From assembly GCA_001179505.1 (NCBI GenBank), contig CDMY01000603.1:62001-126000 (forward strand): a DNA stretch of 64,000 bases. Direction: 5' to 3'. Source of the DNA: Vitrella brassicaformis CCMP3155 (lineage: Eukaryota; Protista; Chromerida). Below, piece after piece: positions 55,482-64,000 of this stretch. Under the pieces are notes generated by a model. The model was not told where the DNA came from and made no database searches. It saw nothing but the letters and a program-made list of their open reading frames with translations. The position numbers and the translations under genes were made by a program. Position 1 is the first letter of the stretch. Every line of letters begins with the position of its first letter.

Positions 55482-56504
55482 CCACTTGCAATCCCGTCTG
55501 TCTGTCTGTCTTTCTGTATTTGTTGAGAGCACGCCCGGCTGCCTGCCCGTCCCCCACTCCCCCACTCCTCCCTCCCTCCCTCCCTCCCTCTGTCGCACGC
55601 CACAACCGCTCTCCCCCTCTCTAGCCACCTAGGTATCCTATAGCCCAATGCTAACTAATTGCGTGGATGCGTGGTGGTCATCATCCGTGTGTGGTGTGGT
55701 TGATTGGGATCACNNNNNNNNNNNNNNNNNNNNNNNNNNNNNNNNNNNNNNNNNNNNNNNNNNNNNNNNNNNNNNNNNNNNNNNNNNNNNNNNNNNNNNN
55801 NNNNNNNNNNNNNNNNNNNNNNNNNNNNNNNNNNNNNNNNNNNNNNNNNNNNNNNNNNNNNNNNNNNNNNNNNNNNNNNNNNNNNNNNNNNNNNNNNNNN
55901 NNNNNNNNNNNNNNNNNNNNNNNNNNNNNNNNNNNNNNNNNNNNNNNNNNNNNNNNNNNNNNNNNNNNNNNNNNNNNNNNNNNNNNNNNNNNNNNNNNNN
56001 NNNNNNNNNNNNNTGGGTGGCTGGGTCCAACACCACTCACTCCCCACCCATCCATCCATCCACTCAGCCATCCATCCATCCATCCAGTGGTTCATTGCAC
56101 TGTTTTTGCTCGGCTCATCACTCTCTAGTGCAGTGCTGGCAAACCTTTCCTCTGACTCACAGACGGTGGATCCATCGGTGGGAGGGATGCATCCACACAC
56201 ACCTATCTGCATGCCTGCCTGTCTGCCCGCCTCTGTGTGTGTGTGTGTGTGTGTCGGTGCGGACCTCCGTGACGGTGGCATGACGGGCGGAGAGGCGTGC
56301 AGATCAGATGGACGTGTAGGCTGCCAGAGAGCACATTCCATTCATTTCATTCCTTGTGTGTGGGTGTAAGATAAAGGACCGGCTCATCACACACACACAC
56401 ACACACATACAACATGGGACGCAGTGAGTGTGCTGCTGTGAGTGAGGAGGATGTGGTATGTCGCATGAGTGAGTCAATGCATCAAGAATGAAAGCTCGAT
56501 AGCT
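55482..56504 (+). repeat. ~1.08 kb direct repeat, copy 2 (contains a gap)
   Basis: 55482-55712 matches 53033-53251, and 56014-56504 matches 53630-54110. Confidence 0.88.
55714..56013. other. Assembly gap (300 N)
   Basis: N run inside repeat copy 2. It corresponds to about 378 bp of copy 1. Confidence 0.99.
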
Positions 56505-56728
56505 AGCTGGCTCGGTTCGATCTTCCGTCGCGGCCTCGCGCGCTTCAGTCGGTCGGTCATCTTGATGCTTACGTCCAGTCCACACACCCATGCATAGCAC
56601 AGCACAGCACACATCACCAAAGCGGCCAGCATGGCACTCTCAGTCCTCGGCTACTTACCACACCACACCACACCACACCACCAACCATGAGCATGAGCAG
56701 TGGTCCAATCCACGTTGCCATCCGTCCA

Positions 56729-57948
56729 TCATATCGGTTCTTCGTCACGTCCTGTCGCTCTGCTGTGGGTATGATGTCTTGTGGCTGCCGTCTGTGTCTG
56801 TCTATTGTGAGTTGAGGTACCGACGCCACTTGAGGTATGAGCTGCGGATGCCCTGGTTGCTCCGCTGGTCGGGGATCTCACCCGTGAAGGCCAACTTGTG
56901 AGTCGTGATGAAACGACGCTTGCCAGGAGCAAACAGACCTGCAGGCGCAAAGGAGCCGTGTCTGCAGCCGGCATTGGTCCGTGTGTGTGTGCGGTGCATG
57001 CTATTTCTTGCCGTGGTCGAATTTGAGTGTCGATGCGTTCCACTTTGGCAGAGTCGGGTTGGGAATGGCATTGCGCTGCAGAGGTGCACAGCCGCACACA
57101 GGGAGACAGGGAGACAGGAGCCACATTGTGCGTGTCCGTCCCATCCATTCCATGCATGTGGCTCACTGACTGACCGATCTGAAGGCCAGGGGGTTGTACG
57201 GGCCATAAAGAGGCTTGCTGTCCATCGAACAGTACTCGTACGGCCGCTTAACATACGACAAGCTGACACAGAAAGCAATGAGGGAGACAAGACGGTACCC
57301 GTACGTGTCTCTTCAGACACCCACGGGCGCACCCATATTCCGATTTGTCCTTGATCCGCCGCTGCAGCCCCACCGCCTCGGGGGTGCGGATGGGTATCAT
57401 CTTGTACGGCGTGGCGAAAACCTCACCACTCACGGCAAACTTGCCTGCAGTGCAGGGAGGGAGCGGAGCGAGACGCAGACATCCATCCACTACTGATCGA
57501 CACACATACTCAAAGACCAGCTCCTACCTTACCTGTGCTGGTAATCGTGTGGACGCCATCAAACATCTGTAAAGACACCGCCCGCCACAGATCCCGTCAC
57601 CACACACATGATGCGCCACGCACCTGGTGGCCGCAAACATCTGCAACCAGAAGAAAGAGAGAGAAGAGAACAACGCAATTGATGCAGAATAAGAAAGCGT
57701 CTCAGGGTCTGCTGCCTGTGGTCACTTACCAGGTCGGAGCCTCAGCGTCGGGTTGATAATTGTAGGAGCGCTCTGCGCGGAAACAACACAGCAAATGGAC
57801 CGACTTTGCGATGCTGGAATATTCCATTTTGCATGGCAAACTACATACCTACCTTGGGCCGGTTCAACCTTCGGGAGGTGTTGGTGACGCCATAGAGGGA
57901 AGGCAGGCCCTCGGGAATGTCGTAGCGCAGTCGCGTCTCAGTACCCAT
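56729..57948 (-). CDS. Hypothetical protein, many small exons
   Basis: MGTETRLRYDIPEG...NRPK|SAPTIINPTLRLRP|DVCGHQ|MFDGVHTITST|GKFAVSG...KSEY|GLSYVKRPYEY...|...KFDH|GLFAPGKRRFITTHKLAFTGE...; the 3' end is uncertain. Confidence 0.55.
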
Positions 57949-58322
57949 GGCCAGCTGCTGTCCTCCCGAGACTATGGGGGACACGTGAGACTGAGACGCC
58001 GGTGGGCGCCCCCAAAGCGCATGCATGCAGCTCCTCGGTCGCCCGCATGTTTCGATCACACGGCCGTTGCGTCATTCTTTGTTCCCACCCACTGGTCCGC
58101 TCCTAGCTGCCCGTTCCCCTCAGTCATTTGGTCATGACATTCATATCAGCCATCCGCACCAAATGAATGGCACATCGCATCGCATCGCATAGATGCGGAC
58201 CCCCACAAAGCCACGCGTCCACGCGCACAGCCACGCACCACGTGTGTTCCCCAAAAAGACCTACAAAAATCGCTGCAAGCCAAATCAATCGCCGACCATC
58301 AATCTCATCTATCTCATCTCAG

Positions 58323-61300
58323 TCAGATGGGTCTGAAGGCAAACATATCCATCTTGACGTTGAGGAATCCGCGGGGATTGAGCCTGATCATCTTGTAGGC
58401 CGACAGAACACCGTTGGCCCCACCCTCGCCCAGCTGCGTCAGCGGCACGGTCGTCTGGCCGAAGGCGCTGGAGGTGAAGCTGCTCTGCTTGGCCGACGCA
58501 TCCACCACCTACATACACACACACACACACACTCACAACACACATAGATATCCCCAACTGACAGCCAGTCATCCAGTGACCACGCTTACGCGGAAGTGCA
58601 GCTGCTCTGTCTGGGGATTGGCAACGAGGAATGAGAAGCCCTGCGCCCACACGGGAGTGCGGGACATCCTGATGGTCTGGTGTGTGCCGCTGAGGTATGC
58701 GTCGATGTCCTCTGCGTGGACGTCCAACACACTCGCAATCTCCTCGTTGGTCATCCGGCGGTCCTTCAGCAGCTTCAGCTTGCGCAACAGAGTGTCCAGC
58801 ATCACATTGCCTGCATCACAGACACATGTGCAGCCGAGCCATCTATCTATGTGCGTGATTCTGCTCTCCCGCTCTCCCTGTGTCTCCGTGTCTGCGTGTC
58901 TGTCTGTCTGTGTGCTTTGTGCCTACCGGTTTGTCCGTCCTCGGCTTTCGGAGGTATCCACGGCTGTGTTTCGCAGGTCGACCGCTGCTCGCCACCAGGT
59001 CCCACCAAAGACACCAACACCTACAACGCAAGATAACACAACACAACACACCACAACACACCGACCCAGCCATTGATCCATCCGTCCATCCATCCGTCCA
59101 TCCATCCATCCGTCCAAGCTCCCTCCCTCCCTCCCTGTGTAATGACCACCGCACCTTTGGCTGCGAGGATGTCTTAAGCCGCAACTCCTCCGCCCGATCG
59201 ACAGCCACCCACACCAGCCACCCATTGCCATCCCCAGAGCCACCGGCGCTGTCCTCTGCTGCTGACGACTTTGGTGAGGGGAGCTTTGGCAAAGGCACCT
59301 CGCGAGATAGCGAGAACCACTCGGGTCGCAGGTAGACGAACGACGCGCCCCGCTGTTTGTCCTTGTTGGTTGCGTCAATAAGCTTGTGGTGTGGGCTCTC
59401 GAGCGGCAGCCGGATGGTGGCTGCGGCGGCGTGGTCGTCGGTTGTTGAGTGGGTGTAGATGAGGGGGTCGGCGAGGCCGCCGCCCACTGAGAGGTCGAGG
59501 GCGACTTTGATCTCGGTCTCCTTCTTGCCCGTCTTCTCCTTGACCCACATCGGCGGCCGCTCGCCCTCAGCCGGCTTGTACCTGACACACACAACACATG
59601 TGTGTGGGTGGTGTGGTCTGCTCTGCTGACTGCGTTGTGCAGTCATTGTATTGTTTTCCTCTCTCGTGGCTCTCGGTGTGAACGTACCCGATGAAGCACC
59701 ATGGCTGTCGATAGGAAGGTCGGTCGCCCTGACCCTGACACACCACGGCACGCCACGGGCCAAGCCAAGCCAAGCAAGCAAGGGTTATGGGAGAACTTGC
59801 TGCACGCCTTATGCTACGCTATGCTGTCTGTGTGCGTTGGTTGCGTGCAGGCCTACTGGTTTCAGTAGTTTGGATCCGCAGTTGAGCAGCTGGCTCCTGG
59901 CGTCCCACCAGGCCTCCCCGCTGTCCTGGATGGCGCACATGACCACGGTACGGCAGGGCAGGCCGTCGATGAACTCGCGCAGCTGCTTGTCCTGCGAGCC
60001 ACCGGGGGTGTCATACCTACAACCACACAAACACGAGCCAGCCCATTCTCATGTTGGGGTGGGGTGGGGTGGGAGCTGGGGGGGCTGTCGCTCACCAGCA
60101 GTCGAAGGTCTCGGCTTTGGTTACATCGCCGGTGACCCCGTCCATGGCGACCACATGGATGCCGCGGCCGCTCACGTCACGCCGCTCTCCGTTGACGACG
60201 ATGCCGGGCTTGCCCTTCTTCCCGCCAGCCGACCTGCACTCGATGCTGACTTTCTTGGCTTCAGGCGGCGCGTCGTCGCCCCGCATCTCCTCGGGAATGT
60301 CGCCCCGGGCTGCCAGCTTGGCTGTCTGAAGCAGGTCCTTGACTGTGATGCTGACGGACGGATTATCATGACAGACAGGAAAGGGGCTGGGCTGTGGGGT
60401 GCGGGGTGTGGTGTGGCGTGAGGGTGTGTGGGTCTGGCCTGGAGGGGAGGCTAGCTACCTTACCTGACGTGTCCGATGAGTGAGTTCTTGCCGAGGACCT
60501 CCTGGTCGAAGATGCTCACCTTGACCTCCTGCATCTCGCGATCGTGCACGATGAAGTCATCCGTCTGCAAGCACCCACACACACTGGGCATGAAAGCGGG
60601 AGGGTTCTTCAGAACTTTCTGTTGTTCCGCGTGTAATGCATGCGATGTGCTCACCTCGTTCCATCTTGCGTTGTTGTCGTCACTGACCACTGATGTCACC
60701 ATCTCCTGAGCACCCACCTTGACCTCCACAAACGGGTCAGCCTGCCAATCAACCAACCACGCATTGCATGCAATGTGCTGCGAATTCCCTGCCTTCCTGC
60801 TGTCACTGACCTTGTCGTTTTTGAATATGCTGCCGATGCCCCTCCACTCGGACCTCAGCCCCTCCGCCCTCACCACCGTCAACCGCAGGATCCCCACACC
60901 AGGCGGGTTCCGCAGCTGGATCAAATCCACAGCCTCGGACAAGTTCAGAGCGATGCTGTTTGTGACACATCAAGTCACGACACACACATTTGGCTATATG
61001 TCACTCACACACACACACACACACATACACACATACTTACCGGTTTGGGACGACGAGTGCGTTTGCGATTGATGAGGTGATGACATTGTTGACGATGCCG
61101 GCAAGGAAGGGGAAGTCGGCAATGTTGGCCAGACCCGTGAACTCGATCGACACCTGGGGCGGGTTCTGGAAAAATACCTGACAATCCAATCCACCGAGCA
61201 GACAGACAGATCAGCAGCTCGTGTGGTGTGGGTGTGTGTATAGGTGGGTGGAAGGCTGGAGGCCTATGTCGGTTCAATACCTGCATGCCTCCGACAAGCG

Positions 61301-62247
61301 GCGGTGTGGCGATGAGTGGCGTCATGAGCACCACCAGCTGGCCCGACATCGACAGCTGCGACACACCGAACTCACCTGCACACACAGACACACACACACC
61401 CTGGCCTGCATCCACTGGCCGAGCCCGGCAATGCAATGCGTCCGTACCAAGGTAGTTGACGGCGAGGGCAATGTCAGCGTCGCCATGGTAGTCGATGTCC
61501 AGGACCATCCTGATGGCGTCGTGGCCAAGGGCATCCTGCAGGCAGGCAAGCCAACATCACACACATCACTAACACGCACAGCCGATGCGATGCATTCACG
61601 AGTGCAGTGCTGTGCTGTGATGTGTGTGACCTTGAGAGGCGATATGTGCACCCGCTCGATGGTCAAGGGCTGCAGGAACAGACAGACAGACAGACAAGAT
61701 GCTGGCAGCCTTGTCTCTCTGTCGGTGCGTCGCGTCACCTCCCTCACCTTTTTGCCGAGTTTGGTTTTGGTGAAGCGGATCTTCTTGATCGCATTCGGCA
61801 CCGACGCCTGCAGCACAGGCTCGATCTCATCTACAGGACATGACATTACACACACATACGCAACACGCACACACAGAGTCATGACCACGAAGAGATCACC
61901 CATCCATCCATCCATCCACCTTTCATTGTCTGCGCAGCGGCCTGCCCAATGTAGGGCCACAGGTTCACAATCAGCCCGTTCAGCCACTCAGCACCGGTCG
62001 AGCCAGACACCTTCGAGCCCATCGTACGCAGTCCGCCGCGGAATAATGATGGGATGCCGCCGCCATGGCCGCCGTGCCCTCCGATGAGTGGCAGCTGGTC
62101 GGTAGGTAGCTCCCGCGACGATGTGCCTGCATCCTCAGCGGATCTGTTGCGGCGGCCGCACAGCGCTGCGAGAGAGTTGATGAATCGTTTGAGAAAGGGC
62201 AAATTCGTCAGCAGGGCGTACGAGTACATCACGGCGGATCGACGCAC
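58323..62247 (-). CDS. Extended-synaptotagmin-like SMP-C2-C2 protein with an inserted ILEI domain
   Basis: SMP: [18 protein letters not shown]...FTKTKLGKK|PLTI...VVPNR. C2A: [13 protein letters not shown]...[10 protein letters not shown]...WNE...SIFDQE. ILEI insert. C2B: [13 protein letters not shown]...[25 protein letters not shown] at 58323. The start could be 62247 or 62229. Confidence 0.88.
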
Positions 62248-62314
62248 GCACCTCTGTTTCTCTTGCCTCTGTCCTGTGTTTTTTTGTTTCCGTGAAACCG
62301 ATGGAGGTTTGGCT

Positions 62315-62322
62315 TAGCTCGC
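62315..62322 (-). promoter_or_regulatory. GCGAGCTA motif in the E-Syt/CHERP divergent promoter
   Basis: TAGCTCGC on the + strand, between the ATGs at 62247(-) and 62421(+). Confidence 0.55.
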
Positions 62323-62420
62323 CTTGCGGAAGAGGAGTGTGCCTGAAGATGAGATGCGCATACGAGCGGATCTGTGACTGAAGGAGCTGACTGCGGCTAC
62401 CTCTCTCAGTGAGGTGACCC

Positions 62421-63649
62421 ATGTGGCCGAATCCCCAGCTCCAGCAGGCGCTTCAGCAGCAGCAGCAGCAGATGGTGGCCGGCGTCAACATGCAGTTCGG
62501 CGGCATGCAGCCCAGCCAGATGATGGCGCTCCAGCAACACACCATGAACCAGATGCAACAACACCAGGTGCCGCTTCAGCAGCAACAGCAGCAGCAGTGG
62601 GGTGGTCCGTTCTCTCCCCCCGCACCGCCCGCTGCTGTCCCAGTAGCACCACCTGCGGACATGGAGCTCAAGAACGTCATCGAGCGAATCGCCGGTGGGT
62701 CAGCCACTCACTCCTGTCATGTGTCTTCAAAGGGACGATGTTTGTCTGTTTGAACAGATTATGTGACCAAGAACGGCCCGCAGTTTGTGGATGTGGTTCG
62801 CGAGAAGCATCCCAACGATCCCAAGTTCGCTTTTCTCAGCGGCGGGGAGGGACACGACTACTTTCGATTTTGCCTCTCTGCCGCCCAGCAACAGCAGCAC
62901 CCCGGCCAAATGACGCAGATGAACATGTTCTTCGGGGGCATGCGGCCACAGGTGAGGTGCGAGGGAGCGAGAGAGAAATAAAGGGGAGGGAGGAGTGGGC
63001 ACAGCACACACACACACACACATCCATCCACCGATGCTCTCATTCATTGTGTTGCTGTGGTGTGTCCGCCCGGCATGGCATGGCTACAGGCGAGCGTCAG
63101 CGGCCCAGCTCCTCTCCCCCCTGTCGCCGCGCCCCCCACTCCCCCAGTGACATCACTGCCCATCCAGATGAACGGCAGTGGCGCTCAGCAGCCACCACCA
63201 CCACCGCCGCCACTAAATGGGCCGCTGGAGGCCGGGGGCGGCGACATGGAATCGCTCCTTATGCAGTTTCAGGGTCGGTCAGTGACAGACAGATCAGCAA
63301 GGGCGGTTGGTTGTCTTATCGCACTGATGGCATCTGTGGTTGTGTTTCAGAGCCTCCGAGGGGACCGCCGCTTCCCCCTGATACGGAGAAAGGGCTCAAC
63401 GGTACGCACGCACAGACGATTGGACGAACCCGTTCGTTTTGTGCAGGACTTTATCCATCTCTCTCTCTCTGTGTGTGTGTTGATGTCAGACGTGTTGTGG
63501 TCTTTGGAGAAGAAGGCGTCGGGTGACAACATCCGCAGCGGCCACCAGTGGATGAAACTCAACGCAAAAAACATCAAGCAGGTCGGTGTCAGGCAGTGGC
63601 ACACACACACACACACACGCGCACACACACAAGAGGACACTGGCACTGC

Positions 63650-63682
<33 letters not shown>

Positions 63683-64000
63683 TGTTCACAGATAGCGTGT
63701 GCGCTTCGCGAGAGGATGGCTGACCTGCGGACATTTGCGCACAAGCTGCACGTGCTGTACCTGGTCCACGACGTCATACAAGTGAGGCTACAGTCAATCA
63801 AGGACAGATAGCTGCAGCAGTGGGGTGCTACCTCACACGCACAACCAACCAAAACGACTTAACGACTGCTGCGGTCTTGGTTGAACGAACTTACCCTCAT
63901 GGATGGATGGATTGATCGCAGAGCGAAGTGGCCGAACAGCCAGCGGTACACTCACCCGAACGACCCACTTACCCCACCCACCGCACCACCTCCCTCCCTC
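62421..64000 (+). CDS. CHERP-like SURP + CID RNA-processing protein, runs off the window end
   Basis: Q-rich start; SURP ELKNVIERIA|DYVTKNGPQFVDVVREKHPNDPKFAFL...YFRF; CID-like ASGDNIRSGHQWM...KLHVLYLVHDVIQ. Confidence 0.8.

Noticed and set aside
53033-56504. Intact LTR retrotransposon
   Set aside because: No TG...CA ends, primer-binding site, polypurine tract, or gag/pol coding remnants were seen.

Overview
Eukaryotic, intron-dense, GC-rich nuclear DNA. Its short introns are filled with (CA)n/(GT)n, (GACA)n/(TGTC)n and (GATG)n microsatellites. It encodes plastid-targeted proteins with bipartite presequences and alveolate-type housekeeping genes. By inference the source is a chromerid alga, most likely Vitrella brassicaformis. 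By hand-splicing I reconstructed about 19 multi-exon or single-exon genes: a Q-rich hypothetical protein, a secreted coiled-coil protein, a second hypothetical protein, an MFS transporter, VPS28, an LpxH-like metallophosphoesterase with altered motifs, CDC48/p97, an MGCGSS acylated protein, a WD40 protein, cullin-3, an alpha-carbonic anhydrase, a small acidic protein, JMJD5/KDM8, plastid rpl35, a KHA-SH3-MYND protein, a further hypothetical protein, an extended-synaptotagmin-like SMP-C2 protein and a CHERP-like SURP-CID protein (partial), plus a low-confidence membrane-protein fragment. The window also holds one tRNA-Asp(GTC), an intronless multi-TM pseudogene, a ~1.08 kb duplicated segment and two 300-N gaps. 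The strongest novel signals are: (1) a GCGAGCTW motif in 7 of 8 divergent intergenic regions, usually close to the midpoint; (2) an E-Syt with an ILEI/GG-lectin domain inserted in C2A and an HTH-like segment in C2B; (3) a tRNA-Asp flanked by a direct and an inverted copy of its own anticodon region; (4) introns with complementary CA-rich 5' and GT-rich 3' halves; (5) a probable thylakoid-lumen alpha-CA; (6) a secreted protein resembling extrusome matrix proteins. Gene spans are first-to-last coding base and include introns. All splicing and domain calls are manual and were not checked by database search.
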